A DNA stretch of 64,000 bases from an uncultured Actinomycetes bacterium (GCA_963722275.1 CAVRMX010000040.1:50-64049), one strand, 5' to 3'. Positions 9,119-19,308 are shown, numbered from the stretch's first letter. A program made the numbers and translations. Notes: generated by a model not told the origin, from the letters alone.

Positions 9119-10183
9119 TCAGGGAAGCTGGCCCGGGCGGCTGACGATGGCGGTCTGCAGGAGGGCGTCCCCGCCTTCCTGCCCTTGCTCGCCCCAGGTG
9201 GTCAGGCCCAGGTAGGCGTACGTGCCGGGGTCGAAGATGTTGACTGCCTTGCTGCCCTCGAACGACCAGCCCACGCCCACGCCGGGGCGCCCGCCGATGT
9301 CGCGCACGTGGGGCTCGACGATCAGCCCGGGCGTCGTGGCCAGGAACTCATAGAGCGCAGCCCGCTGAGCGGGCAGGATGTAGTCGGACTGGAGCATGAA
9401 GCCGACCGTCTTGGCCAGGTCGTTCAGGTTGCCGGGCTGGATCCCCTGCGTCTGCTGCAGGTATGAGGCCATCGCGCTCGCGCTGGTCGGCATGTCGGGG
9501 AAGTACGCGAGCACCGGGGTGCAGTGCGTGGTGACGACGGGCCCGTCCATGGGCACGCTGGTCCCGTACTTCTGCTTGTACTGCTCGGGGGTCACCGGCT
9601 TGCCGCCGAGGTGTAGCGGCTTGCCGCCGATTCCGGGCGTGCGGAAGCGCAACTCCCCGGTAGGACAACCGGAGATGGCCGAGGACTGGACCTTCCCCTG
9701 CGGACTGGTGGTGACCACCATGCCGTTCCGCTTCCCGTCCACGGACAGCCACGTCTGCACTACCGATTGCCCAGGTCCTCCCCCCACCTTCGTATACACG
9801 AACTGATCCGCCCGGGGCGCGACCGCCGGCTCGCTCAGCGCCGCCCGGGCTGCCCGGTCCAGTACCTCCCGAGCCGTCAGCTGGGCCGGCACCACAGCAG
9901 GCGCCGTCCCCCCCGAGCGGGTCGACGCGTGCGTCCCCACCAGGACTCCCGCCGTAATAGCGACGGCGGCGGCCACCGTAACGCCACCGATCGCTACACG
10001 CGCAGCAGGGCCGTGCCATTTCCGTCGCCGGCGTTCGGCCGCCGGCGGCGGAAATGCGTGCCGGCCCTGCTCTCCGTAGACCGCGATTCCCGCCACAACG
10101 CGCTGCCGTGGTGCTGATAGATCACGAAGCGAAGGCAGAGGCGCGTCAGGTGCCGCGTCCCGGAGCAGGTCGAGGTCATTCAT
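9119..10183 (-). CDS. membrane-anchored protein co-transcribed with the ECF sigma factor (putative anti-sigma/sensor partner)
   Basis: 354 aa. Its start overlaps the sigma-factor stop by 8 nt. It has one central hydrophobic segment (VAIGGVTVAAAVAITAGVLV) and an extracytoplasmic C-terminal domain. Confidence 0.55.
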   Translation of the reverse strand: MNDLDLLRDAAPDAPLPSLRDLSAPRQRVVAGIAVYGEQGRHAFPPPAAERRRRKWHGPAARVAIGGVTVAAAVAITAGVLVGTHASTRSGGTAPAVVPAQLTAREVLDRAARAALSEPAVAPRADQFVYTKVGGGPGQSVVQTWLSVDGKRNGMVVTTSPQGKVQSSAISGCPTGELRFRTPGIGGKPLHLGGKPVTPEQYKQKYGTSVPMDGPVVTTHCTPVLAYFPDMPTSASAMASYLQQTQGIQPGNLNDLAKTVGFMLQSDYILPAQRAALYEFLATTPGLIVEPHVRDIGGRPGVGVGWSFEGSKAVNIFDPGTYAYLGLTTWGEQGQEGGDALLQTAIVSRPGQLP

Positions 10184-10766
10184 TGTTCAGGATCTCCTCG
10201 TAGGTCGCGGCGGCCGGGGTGCTGGCCAGGGCCTGACGTATCTTCGTCCGGGCGCGGTGCAGCCGGGACCTGACGGTGCCGACCGGGATGCCGAGCGCAC
10301 GGGCCACCTCGTCGTAGCTGAGCTGCTCCCAGGCGATCAGCAGCAGGACGTCCCTGTCGGGCTCGGCGAGCCCGGCGAGCGCCTTAGCCAGCAAGGCGCG
10401 AACGGATTGCGCGGTCAGGTCGACCACGGTCCGTTCGGCATAATCGTTCTGAACCAGGACGGGACCCGCGGCTTGCCGCAGCCGCAACTGGCGGACCTCG
10501 TCCCGCCGGTGCTGGCCGACGAGGTTGGTGGCGATGCCGTACAGCCACGGCCGGGCGTCCCGGAAGCGGGGGTCGTCGCCGGCCCGTTTCCCGAATGCCA
10601 CCAGGAACGTCTCCGCCACCAGGTCATCGGCGGCCTGGCCGCCGACCCGGCGGGCGAGATAGCGGTGGATGTGCGGCGCGTGGCGGTCAAAGAGGGACGC
10701 GAAGAGATCGGGTTCGGCGCGGGACGCCTCGATCACGGCCGCGTCGTCAAGGGTCAGTGGTGTCAT
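10176..10766 (-). CDS. ECF (sigma-70 family) RNA polymerase sigma factor
   Basis: 196 aa. Region 2 (DDLVAETFLVAF...PWLYGIATNLV) and region 4 HTH (LSYDEVARALGIPVGTVRSRLHRAR). Confidence 0.85.
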   Translation of the reverse strand: MTPLTLDDAAVIEASRAEPDLFASLFDRHAPHIHRYLARRVGGQAADDLVAETFLVAFGKRAGDDPRFRDARPWLYGIATNLVGQHRRDEVRQLRLRQAAGPVLVQNDYAERTVVDLTAQSVRALLAKALAGLAEPDRDVLLLIAWEQLSYDEVARALGIPVGTVRSRLHRARTKIRQALASTPAAATYEEILNNE

Positions 10767-11042
10767 GCTCCGTCTCTTCGCTGGGCGGCTTTACCCGCTA
10801 TCCGCAGCAGCCGCCGACGGAGTTCACGGTGCCTTGGTCATGGGCGGGGCAGCAGGCCGCGCTCAACCGTTCGGCTGACCCGGTCCTGCTCGGCTGGTTC
10901 AGGGACGGCGCCGGGCGGGCTAGCTCACTGCACGATGACACGCCCTCGGACCGAGACGCTAGCCTGACGGAGGAAAGGCTCACCACGGCCTGCCCGGGGG
11001 ATCAGGGCGCCCCAGCCATCCGCGGAGACGGGAGAAGGGTCC

Positions 11043-12446
11043 ATGCCGCTGCACACCCAGGTGGACGAGTCCACCCAGGACGCCGAACTCGACGTCAACC
11101 CGGTCTACGTCCGCGAGCTGAGTCAGCAGATCCCGCGGTACCGGCTGCCCGAGCACGGCATGCTGCCGGGCACCGCGCTGCAAGTCGTGCGGGACGAGCT
11201 GATCCTTGACGGCAACGCCCGGCTCAACCTGGCCACCTTCGTCACCACCTGGATGGAGCCTGAGGCCGAGAAGCTGATGGCGGAGTGCGCCGCCAAGAAC
11301 ATGATCGACAAGGATGAGTACCCGCAGACCGCCGAGCTCGAGCGGCGCTGCGTGAACATCATCAGCAACCTGTGGAACTCACCCGCAGGCGGCTCCGCTA
11401 CCGGCTGCTCCACCACCGGGTCGAGCGAGGCGTGCATGCTGGGCGGGATGGCGCTGCTCTGGCGGTGGCGCGCCCGGCGGCAGGCGGCGGGGCTCGACGC
11501 GGCCAGGCCGAACCTGGTGATGGGATCCAACGTCCAGGTGTGCTGGGAGAAGTTCTGCCGCTACTGGCAGGTCGAGCCGCGCTACGTACCGATGGTGCCG
11601 GGGCGGCTGCACCTGCGCGGCGCCGAGGCCGCGGCCAAGTGCGACGAGAACACCATCGGCGTGGTCGCGATCCTGGGCTCCACCATGGACGGCAGCTACG
11701 AGCCCGTGCTGGAGATCAGCCAGGCCCTGGACCGGCTGCAGGCCGAGCAGGGCCACGACGTGCCGGTCCACGTGGACGGGGCCTCCGGCGGGTTCGTCGC
11801 CCCGTTCCTGCAGCCGGACCTGGAATGGGACTTCCGGGTCCCGCGGGTGGCTTCGATCAACGCGTCGGGGCACAAGTACGGCCTGGTGTATCCCGGCGTG
11901 GGCTGGGTCCTGTGGCGGACCCCGGACGCCTTGCCTGAGGACCTGGTCTTCCGGGTGAATTACCTCGGCGGGGAGATGCCGACGTTCGCGCTCAACTTCT
12001 CCCGGCCCGGCGCACAGGTCGCCGCGCAGTACTACAACTTCGTCAGGCTCGGTCACCAGGGCTACAAGCGCGTCCAGCAGACCTGCCAGGATGTCGCGCT
12101 CCACCTGTCCGGCGAGATCGCCAAGATGGGGCCGTTCGAGCTTCTCACCGAGGGCAGGGACCTGCCGGTCTTCGCGTTCAAGCTGCGCGACGACATCACC
12201 GGCTACTCGGTATTCGACCTGTCGGAACGGCTGCGGATGCGGGGCTGGCAGGTGCCGGCCTACACCTTCCCCGCGGACATGACGGACACCGCCGTGATGC
12301 GGATCGTGATCAGGAACGGCTTCAGCATGGACCTGGCCGGCCTGCTGCTCAGTGACCTGCGGCTGCACATCCGGGTCCTCGAGCATCACCCGCATGCGCA
12401 GCCGCCGCCCGAGATCCAGCAGAAACGGCAGTCCTTCAAGCACTAG
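11043..12446 (+). CDS. gadB: glutamate decarboxylase (PLP-dependent)
   Basis: 467 aa. Colinear with bacterial GAD (NLATFVTTWMEPEAEKLM, DKDEYPQTAELE), with the PLP-lysine motif SGHKYGLVYPGVGWVLWR. Confidence 0.9.
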   Translation: MPLHTQVDESTQDAELDVNPVYVRELSQQIPRYRLPEHGMLPGTALQVVRDELILDGNARLNLATFVTTWMEPEAEKLMAECAAKNMIDKDEYPQTAELERRCVNIISNLWNSPAGGSATGCSTTGSSEACMLGGMALLWRWRARRQAAGLDAARPNLVMGSNVQVCWEKFCRYWQVEPRYVPMVPGRLHLRGAEAAAKCDENTIGVVAILGSTMDGSYEPVLEISQALDRLQAEQGHDVPVHVDGASGGFVAPFLQPDLEWDFRVPRVASINASGHKYGLVYPGVGWVLWRTPDALPEDLVFRVNYLGGEMPTFALNFSRPGAQVAAQYYNFVRLGHQGYKRVQQTCQDVALHLSGEIAKMGPFELLTEGRDLPVFAFKLRDDITGYSVFDLSERLRMRGWQVPAYTFPADMTDTAVMRIVIRNGFSMDLAGLLLSDLRLHIRVLEHHPHAQPPPEIQQKRQSFKH

Positions 12447-12531
12447 CCACCATGATGAGGGCTTCTGCTGCTGCGTCACCGGAGACGGGAAGATAGCGTA
12501 ACTGAGGGGACCGGCAGGTAAGGAGCTGACG

Positions 12532-14571
12532 ATGACGGCGCTGCGCAGCTACGTGAGCGGGGCATGGACCGAGCCCGCCGACGACGGGCGGCCCGTGCTC
12601 GACGCGGTGACCGGCGAGGAAGTCGCGCGGGTCTCGTCGGCCGGCATCGACCTGGGTGCGGCGCTCGGCTATGGCCGCACCGTCGGCGGGCCGGCGCTGC
12701 GCGAGCTGACCTTCCACCAGCGCGCGGCGCTGCTCAAGTCGCTCGGGCAGCTGCTGCGCGAGCACCGCCAGGAGCTCTACGCCCTGTCCGCCCGCACCGG
12801 CGCGACGCTCGGGGACGCCAAGTTCGATGTCGACGGCGGCATCGGCGTCCTGCTCAGCTACGCCAGCCGGGCCAAGCGCGAGCTGCCGAACGACACGATC
12901 CTGGCCGAGGGCCCCGTCGAGCCGCTCGGCAAGGGCGGGACCTTCGTCGGCCAGCACATCCTCACCCCGCTGCACGGGGTGGCGGTGCAGATCAATGCGT
13001 TCAACTTCCCGGTCTGGGGTCCGCTGGAGAAGTTCGCGCCGGCGTTCATCGCCGGCGTGCCGAGCCTGGTCAAGCCGGCCACCCAGACCGCGTACCTGAC
13101 GGCCCGGCTGGTCGAGCTGATGGTGGATTCCGGGCTGCTGCCGGAAGGCTCGATCCAGCTGGTCTGCGGCAGCGTCGGTGACCTGTTCGATCATCTCGGC
13201 GAGCAGGACCTGGTGTCGTTCACCGGGTCTGCCGCCACCGCCCGGCAGCTGCGCGCCCACCCGGTCATCATCGGGCGGTCGGTACGGTTCAACGCCGAGG
13301 CGGACTCGCTGAACTGCTCGGTCCTCGGTCCCGAGGCGGGCCCGGGCACGCCCGAGTTCGACCTGTACATCCGGCAGCTGGTCAGCGAGATGACGGTGAA
13401 GGCAGGCCAGAAGTGCACCGCGATCCGGCGCGCCCTGGTCCCGGCCGCGCTGGCCGGCCAGGTGGCGGAGGCGGCGCGCGACCGGCTGGCCAAGGTGGTG
13501 GTGGGCAACCCGGCGGAGGAAAGCGTGCGGATGGGCGCGCTGGCCGGCCTTGAGCAGCGCGAGGAGGTCCGCCGTTCGGTCAAGGCGCTGCTGTCGGCGA
13601 GCCGGATCGTGTCCGGTGACCCGGACCGGGTGGACGTCGTCGGAGCCAGCGCCGAGCGGGGCGCGTTCATGGCGCCGCTGCTGCTGCAGGCCGACGACGC
13701 CAGCCGCCCGGAGCCGCATCAGGTAGAGGCGTTCGGGCCGGTCAGCACGATTATCAGCTACCGCGACACCGGCGAGGTGATCGAGCTCGCGGCACGCGGC
13801 CGGGGCAGCCTGGCCGGATCGATCGTCACGGCCGACCCGTCCTTCGCCCGCGACGTGGTCCTCGGCCTGGCGCCGTGGCACGGCCGGCTGCTGGTGCTGG
13901 ACCGCGAGGACGGGGCCGAGTCCACCGGCCACGGGTCGCCGCTGCCCATGCTGGTGCACGGCGGCCCGGGACGGGCCGGCGGCGGCGAGGAGATGGGCGG
14001 CGTCCGCGGCGTGCTGCACCATATGCAGCGCACGGCCGTACAGGCCAGCCCGCGGGTCCTGTCCGCCGTGACCCGCCGCTGGATCCCGGGTGCCGAACGG
14101 ACTACCGATGGCGGCCACCCCTTCCGCAAGCCGCTCACGGAGCTGCGCATCGGCGACACGGTGATCGCCGGGCCGCGTCAGGTCACGCTCGCGGACATCG
14201 AGCACTTCGCCGAGTTCACCGGTGACACCTTCTACGCGCACATGGACGAGGAGGCCGCCCGGGCGAACCCGTTCTTCGACGGCCGGGTGGCCCACGGCTA
14301 CCTCATCCTCTCCTTCGCCGCGGGCCTGTTCGTCCAGCCCGATCCCGGTCCGGTGCTGGCCAACTACGGCCTGGAGAACCTGCGCTTCCTGACCCCGGTC
14401 TACCCGGGCGACGAGCTGACGGTGACGCTCACCTGCAAGCAGATCACCCCGCGCGAGGACGCCGCGCACGGCGAGGTCCGGTGGGACGCCACCGTGACCA
14501 ACCAGGACGGGAAGCCGGTGGCCACTTACGACGTGCTGACCCTGATGGCCAAACAGTGGCCGCCCGCCTAG
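12532..14571 (+). CDS. paaZ: PaaZ-like bifunctional aldehyde dehydrogenase / MaoC-type hydratase
   Basis: 679 aa. N-terminal ALDH domain (FNFPVWGPLEKFAPAFIAGVP, GQKCTAIRR) fused to a C-terminal hot-dog/MaoC domain (IEHFAEFTGDTFYAHMDEEAA). Confidence 0.8.
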   Translation: MTALRSYVSGAWTEPADDGRPVLDAVTGEEVARVSSAGIDLGAALGYGRTVGGPALRELTFHQRAALLKSLGQLLREHRQELYALSARTGATLGDAKFDVDGGIGVLLSYASRAKRELPNDTILAEGPVEPLGKGGTFVGQHILTPLHGVAVQINAFNFPVWGPLEKFAPAFIAGVPSLVKPATQTAYLTARLVELMVDSGLLPEGSIQLVCGSVGDLFDHLGEQDLVSFTGSAATARQLRAHPVIIGRSVRFNAEADSLNCSVLGPEAGPGTPEFDLYIRQLVSEMTVKAGQKCTAIRRALVPAALAGQVAEAARDRLAKVVVGNPAEESVRMGALAGLEQREEVRRSVKALLSASRIVSGDPDRVDVVGASAERGAFMAPLLLQADDASRPEPHQVEAFGPVSTIISYRDTGEVIELAARGRGSLAGSIVTADPSFARDVVLGLAPWHGRLLVLDREDGAESTGHGSPLPMLVHGGPGRAGGGEEMGGVRGVLHHMQRTAVQASPRVLSAVTRRWIPGAERTTDGGHPFRKPLTELRIGDTVIAGPRQVTLADIEHFAEFTGDTFYAHMDEEAARANPFFDGRVAHGYLILSFAAGLFVQPDPGPVLANYGLENLRFLTPVYPGDELTVTLTCKQITPREDAAHGEVRWDATVTNQDGKPVATYDVLTLMAKQWPPA

Positions 14572-14589
14572 CGGCGGGGCCCAGCGCCG

Positions 14590-14754
14590 TCAGCCGGGGG
14601 CGCCGTCCACACCGATAGGTGCGCGGGCTCCAGCGCCGCGTTGACCACGTCGAGTCATCGTGCTCACCACCGCGGTCCCCGCCAGCATCAGCATGGTGAC
14701 GATGCCCACCGCCAGCGCGGTTCCTGGCCTCACCACACGAGGACGGCGGAGCAC
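14590..14754 (-). CDS. possible 54-aa single-pass membrane protein
   Basis: GTG 14754 with GGGAGGG 9 nt upstream. Hydrophobic core ALAVGIVTMLMLAGTAVVS. No recognisable family. The longer track ORF 14590..14886 overlaps the reactivase 3' end. Confidence 0.25.
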   Translation of the reverse strand: MLRRPRVVRPGTALAVGIVTMLMLAGTAVVSTMTRRGQRGAGARAPIGVDGAPG

Positions 14755-14807
14755 GGTCTCGTTCCCTCCCACGGGTATCACGGTACGTGGGCGGCGTTCC
14801 GGGAACG

Positions 14808-16491
14808 TTACGGCGCCGGGGGCGCTGGGGCCAGGGCCAGGCCGAGCGCGACCGCGTAGCGGTGGCCGAGTGGTCCGCCCGGGCAAATGCCGCCTACGTC
14901 GCCGCGGCCGACAGCCACGTCATCCGGCAGCGAGCGGGCGAGCACGCCGAGCAGTTCCTCATCGCCGGCCGGGCCGCCGACCACGAGGACCTGCGCCGGG
15001 TCCTGGCCGAGCGTGTGCACCGCCCGGCGGAAGTTCGCCGCCAGCACGGCCTGCTTCAGCCGCAGCCGGATGGCCCGCCATTCCCCCGGGCCGTGGTGCC
15101 GGTCGAATGGCAGCCAGCCGCCCGGGCCTTCCACTGCGAGCATGCCCGCCGCGGAGGCGGGCGCCGGGCACGTCCAGGAAGCCGCGGCGGCCGTCCTCGC
15201 CCTCCCACCGCTGTCCGCCGTCCACCCGCACGCACGGCCCGCGCTTGACCCAGTCGGCAGACGCGCGCGGGATGCCGAGCATCTCCGCGACCGCGGCGGT
15301 GAGTAGATCGCCCGCGCCGGCGGCCACCACGCTGCGCCCCGACCAGATGACGTCGATCGTGCCGGCCCCCAAGTCGACCACGACCGCGTCCTCGCGGCCG
15401 CCCGGCGTGGTGAGGGCGCCGAGCCGGGCCGCAGCCGACTCGCTGACCGGGCTGTGCACCGGGACTTCCAGCAGGTCCCGCAGCATGGAGGCGGTGTCAT
15501 CGTCGCCCGCACGGCCCAGCGAGGCGACCAGGACCGCCCGGCCGGTGCTGCCCAGCCGGGCGGTGGCCGCTTCGGCCGCGGCGGCCAGGTCCACCGCGAA
15601 CAGGTCATCGACCTCGCTGGCCACGGCACCGGTGCCGTACGCGTGTATGGCACCGACCGGCCAGCCCGCTAGCCGCGGGCACGCGGCCCGCAGCGTGAGA
15701 CGGCCCTCCCCCGCGGTCAGCACCCACGGTTCGGCCGGGGTCTCGGGCACGCCGGGCGTCTCTGGCAGCAGGCCAACCACGGCGTTGGCCTGGTCGGCCA
15801 GCATCCGGCTCAGTGCGGCCGCGTCACCCGCCTCGGCCTCGTCCAGCGGATCCAAGCCGAGGCGGGCCCCGAGCGCGACCGGGTCGGCCAGCACCCGCAG
15901 GGTGTGCCCGGGCGGGCGTACCTCGACCGCGAGCAGACGGCACGCGGCGGCCACGTGCGCGTCAACCTGGTCGATGACCGGCAGGCCGCCAGGCAGCCGG
16001 TTCGCCACCAGCACGCCTTCGTCGCCCGCCACCAGCACCGCACCGATCCTGGTCCCGGCCGCCAGCAAGGCCCGCAGCCGCACGGCGGCCTCGTCGTAGC
16101 GCAGGCCGGCCGGGACGATAGCCACCACGTCCGCCGCGCCACCCGGCGCCGCATCACCGAGCCGAAACGGCGGCCCGACGCAGGCCCCGGTCCCGCCAGG
16201 GGTAGGCACGCCCGCGGCCAGCACGCGCAGCCGACCGTTTGGCGGGGCCGCGCCGGGCACGGTCACCACCGAGGTGATGACCGGCCGCAGCGGCGCGATC
16301 CTGACCTCGCCGACGGCGCACCCGAGCTGGCGTTCCATCCGCCGGACCAGCGCGGCCGCGGCACGCAGCGAGCCCGGCGATCCCTTCCGGCCGCGCGTCG
16401 GCACCCGTCCGGCGCCCAGGATCTTGCCGCCGGACACCAGCACGACCTCCGTCGTGGCGTTGCCGACGTCGACCCCGGCGATCACCGTCAC
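14808..16491 (-). pseudogene. diol/glycerol dehydratase reactivase large subunit (DdrA/PduG-like); frame break near 15140-15175
   Basis: The N-terminal roughly 440 aa (MTVIAGVDVGNATTEVVLV..., DLGAGTIDVI) are in ORF 14959..16491. The conserved C-terminus (...VLVVGGPAGDEELLGVLARSLP...GPLGHRYAVALGLAL) is in the frame of ORF 14808..15653. Confidence 0.8.
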
Positions 16492-16503
16492 CCGGCGGCC
16501 TCC

Positions 16504-16866
16504 CTAAGCGGACAGGCCGCGGCGGGCGTAGACCTCGGCCGCCTCCGTGACCAGGGCCGCGCAGCGCGGCAGCCCCCGCCCGGCCAGGGAGGCGGCCAGC
16601 GCGGTGAGCTGGGCGGGCGTGGACCGGCCGGGCCGCAGCGCCTCGTAGACGGCCAGCACCTCGTCGTCAGGCAGCCGGGTCAGCTCGGCCGCGCGGCGCA
16701 GGTTCCCGGCCAGCTGCGGGTTGCCGTGCTGCTCCGCCACCACCGCCTGCCGCTCCAGCGTGTCCGGGTGAATTCGCAGGTCCGCCACGCCGACCTCGCC
16801 CGCCCGCACCGCCTCCACAGTGAGCCCGTCTACGGGTTTGCCCGACAGCGCCCGCACACCAGTCAC
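16504..16866 (-). CDS. pduE: B12-dependent diol dehydratase small (gamma) subunit
   Basis: 120 aa. Colinear with PduE/DhaB3 core motifs (DLRIHPDTLERQAVVAEQHGNPQLAGNLRRAAELTRLPDDEVLAVYEALRPGRST). It lacks the N-terminal extension of BMC-targeted PduE. Confidence 0.8.
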   Translation of the reverse strand: MTGVRALSGKPVDGLTVEAVRAGEVGVADLRIHPDTLERQAVVAEQHGNPQLAGNLRRAAELTRLPDDEVLAVYEALRPGRSTPAQLTALAASLAGRGLPRCAALVTEAAEVYARRGLSA

Positions 16867-16897
16867 CTCAGCACCATCCAGTCCTGTCAGTCAACGG

Positions 16898-16952
16898 CAA
16901 CGATGGAGCATTGATGTCGTTCCAGCGACAACGATGGAGCATTGATGTCGTT
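16898..16952. repeat. direct repeat, 2 x 24 bp (caacgatggagcattgatgtcgtt), 31-bp period
   Basis: Identical copies at 16898-16921 and 16929-16952. Each copy has imperfect inverted ends (AACGAT...GTCGTT). Confidence 0.9.
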
Positions 16953-16962
16953 GGCGCAGGAC

Positions 16963-17062
16963 GCAGGCCGGGCGCGAGGGGCAGGCCGGGCGCGAGGGGC
17001 AGGCTGGGCGCGGGGGGCAGGCTGGGCGCGGGGCGGGGCTGGGCGGGAGGCCTGGGCGGGGG
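16963..17062. repeat. 18-bp tandem repeat array (gcaggccgggcgcgaggg), 4 clear units plus degenerate ones
   Basis: Units at 16963, 16981, 16999 and 17017, decaying toward 17062. Confidence 0.9.
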
Positions 17063-17067
17063 CCGAG

Positions 17068-17602
17068 TCACGTTAGTCCCTCCAGTGACAGCTCTTCGGG
17101 GGATGCCCCGGGGACCATGCGGCGGCGCTCCAGTTCCATCAGGGCGATCACGGTGGTGTGGTAGCGGGCCTCGATGGCCTCGTCGGAGTACGGGTTGCGG
17201 GCCGGGTCGGGCGTGCCGCCCTTGGCGTGCCGCGCGGCGTTGGCGCCGAGCAGCCGGTAGAGCTCGGGGGTGACCGAGGGCGCCACCGAGTACAGCTCCA
17301 GGTTCGCCAGCGGGGCCAGGTCGCGGCGATGGATCAGCGCGGTGCCCTTGCCCTGCAGCCCGATTCCGATCCCCAGCCGGCCAGCCTGGCCGCGGCCAGG
17401 CCGATCCGGCCCAGGTCGACGCTGGCGTTGAAGCGGACGACCCGTCCGGCGCAGCCTTCCTCCTCCAGGCCCGCCAGCATCTCCCGCAGCACGTCCGTCA
17501 CCGCCAGGCCGGACAGGCACCGCCACACGTCCCGGCCGACGGCGGGCGAGACGCCGATGACGACGTCGCGGGGGTCCTGCCCGGGCCGGCCGGGCCGCTC
17601 AC
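17068..17602 (-). pseudogene. pduD: B12-dependent diol dehydratase medium (beta) subunit; at least two frame problems
   Basis: DPRDVVIGVSPAVG...LREMLAGLEEEGCAGRVVRFNAS is in the frame of ORF 17334..17864. GIGIGLQGKGTALIHRRDLAPLANLELYSVAP...ARYHTTVIALME is in ORF 17068..17526. The frame switches at about 17375-17380. No start codon lies in frame upstream of the first fragment. A GTGA junction at 17599-17602 fits only if another indel exists near 17576-17580. Confidence 0.8.
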
Positions 17603-19276
17603 GCCGAGCAACGGCACCGCGAACCGCGCCTGCTCGGCCCGCAGGTCGGCGACCCCGCGGGCCTGGCGGATGGCGTCGATCTCGGCCTGCCGGGACGGCG
17701 AGGGTTCGTAGCCGGTGCCCGGGCCCGCGTAGTCGTTCGGGTCGGTGACCAGGGACAGCACGCGCAACTGCTCGTCGAAGATGGCGGACGTCTGCAGGTA
17801 GTCGCCGGACAGCCTGGCCCGGGCGAAGGCCATGGTCCGTTCGGCCTCGTGGGAGTAGCCGCACTCGTCCAGGGCGGCCACGATGTCCACCACGGTCAGC
17901 CCGCGCTGGCGGATGGCGTGCGCCGCGCCCAGCACGGCCAGGGTGTCGGTCTCCCCCAGGTCCTTCGACCCGGCCGCGTCCACCGCCAGCTCCACGTGCT
18001 CGTCGGTGAAGTCCGCCAGGCCCAGGTGGGCGTAGACCGCGCGGCAGGCCTGGGCCGCCTCGCGGCGCAGCTCACCGATCCGGGCGGGGTCAACCGTCCG
18101 CAGGCCGCCGTCGACGCCCCAGTCCCGCTGCATGGCCAGGAAGTCGTCGATGTCCTCGGCGTTGAAGTTGCTCGGGCCGAACATGTTGTCGTAGCGCTGG
18201 ATCGACCCGAACCCGCTGAACGCGAAGTCCGAGCCCGCCAGCACGATCGGCAGCGTGCGGGAGGTCCGGCGCATGTCAGACTCGCTCATCAGCGCGTCAT
18301 TGCCCGAGCAGGACTCCAGGTTGCGCATCATCACCATGACGTTCTCGGCCATCAGCTCGCGCAGCCCGCCCGGCACCGCGGCGGCCACGCTGGCACCGTC
18401 GATCCCGCCGTTCTGCACGCCCTGGGCGCCGATGGCCCGGGCCAGCGCCACGCAGCGCGCCTCCAGGTAGAGCATCGACTGGCCCTGCGCGCCGGCCATC
18501 AGGACCTCGGCGCCGGCCCCCGAGGACACCCGCATCTTCATGCCGCGGGAGGCGTAAGCGGAGGTGAGGAAGGCCTTCGACCACGGGGTATCGTCGCCGT
18601 CTGTGAACACCTGCTCGGTGCCGTACAGCGAGACGGTCTCGGCGTAGGAGGTCAGCCCGCGCATGCCGAGCTCGAGCTCCATGGCCTCCTCGACGGAGCA
18701 CTGGATGAGCACGCCGTCGGCGCCGAACGCCGCCCCGATCAGGCAGGCCACCGCGTTGCTCGGCGCGTCGCCGAGCACCGGCACGGTGGTCTCGACCTCG
18801 CGGAACCCGAACGCCGCCGCGGTGGCCGCGTCGGCGGCGAGCAGCAGCGGGTCGTCGAGCCGGTTGGTGACGTGCGCCTGGTTGCTTGGCGTGCGGCGGG
18901 CGCGCAGCTTGGTCATCGCCATGACCAGTTCGGGCGGGCGGAGCTGGGCCAGCACGCGGGCCAGCTTGGCCGGGGTGGCGCCGGCGCTCAGCCTGACGAT
19001 CTCGTGCCGCGGCACGGCGGGGTCGACCAGGAGGCGGGCGAACGCCACGTCGGACAGGGCCATCGCCTCGCCCGCGGCGCTCAGGTCGAGGCCGTGCCGG
19101 GCGATGTAGGTGTCGATCGAGTCGAACTCCGCCTCGGGCACGCCGTCCAGCTCGGTCACCCGGCCGCCGGCCACGGCCAGGCTGGCCGCCGGGTCGTTCG
19201 GCGAGCGGAGCGCGGCCAGCCCGAGTCCGGGGTCCTCGATGGCGAAACCGTCCAGGTTGACCCGCTGCCGGTCCAT
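17498..19276 (-). CDS. pduC: B12-dependent diol/glycerol dehydratase large (alpha) subunit
   Basis: Colinear with PduC/DhaB1 (SPNDPAASL, TELDG, QCSVEEAMELELGMRG, SGNDALMSESD, NDYAGPGTGY). Homology ends about 17650. The last roughly 50 codons of the literal ORF overlap the beta-subunit homology in another frame, so the true 3' end is uncertain. Confidence 0.85.
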   Translation of the reverse strand: MDRQRVNLDGFAIEDPGLGLAALRSPNDPAASLAVAGGRVTELDGVPEAEFDSIDTYIARHGLDLSAAGEAMALSDVAFARLLVDPAVPRHEIVRLSAGATPAKLARVLAQLRPPELVMAMTKLRARRTPSNQAHVTNRLDDPLLLAADAATAAAFGFREVETTVPVLGDAPSNAVACLIGAAFGADGVLIQCSVEEAMELELGMRGLTSYAETVSLYGTEQVFTDGDDTPWSKAFLTSAYASRGMKMRVSSGAGAEVLMAGAQGQSMLYLEARCVALARAIGAQGVQNGGIDGASVAAAVPGGLRELMAENVMVMMRNLESCSGNDALMSESDMRRTSRTLPIVLAGSDFAFSGFGSIQRYDNMFGPSNFNAEDIDDFLAMQRDWGVDGGLRTVDPARIGELRREAAQACRAVYAHLGLADFTDEHVELAVDAAGSKDLGETDTLAVLGAAHAIRQRGLTVVDIVAALDECGYSHEAERTMAFARARLSGDYLQTSAIFDEQLRVLSLVTDPNDYAGPGTGYEPSPSRQAEIDAIRQARGVADLRAEQARFAVPLLGVSGPAGPGRTPATSSSASRPPSAGTCGGACPAWR

Positions 19277-19308
19277 GAACCGTACTCTGCCGACTGGCGT
19301 GTTGGCGC

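Larger units (their letters stand above)
16868..17071 (-). other. 67-codon Pro-rich ORF made almost entirely of repeats, wedged between the pduD-like stop and the pduE-like start
   Basis: Its GTG overlaps the beta-subunit stop (GTGA). Its stop is 1 nt before the gamma-subunit GTG. It encodes APSLPP/APSLPL/APGLPL/APGLRP from the 18-bp repeats. Coding status is unknown. Confidence 0.3.

Noticed and set aside
14590-14886. ORF 14590..14886(-) considered as the reactivase small subunit (DdrB/PduH), given its position after the large subunit.
   Set aside because: The sequence shows no resemblance to the DdrB/PduH pattern. It overlaps the reactivase 3' end and contains one hydrophobic helix. It is kept only as a low-confidence small membrane ORF.
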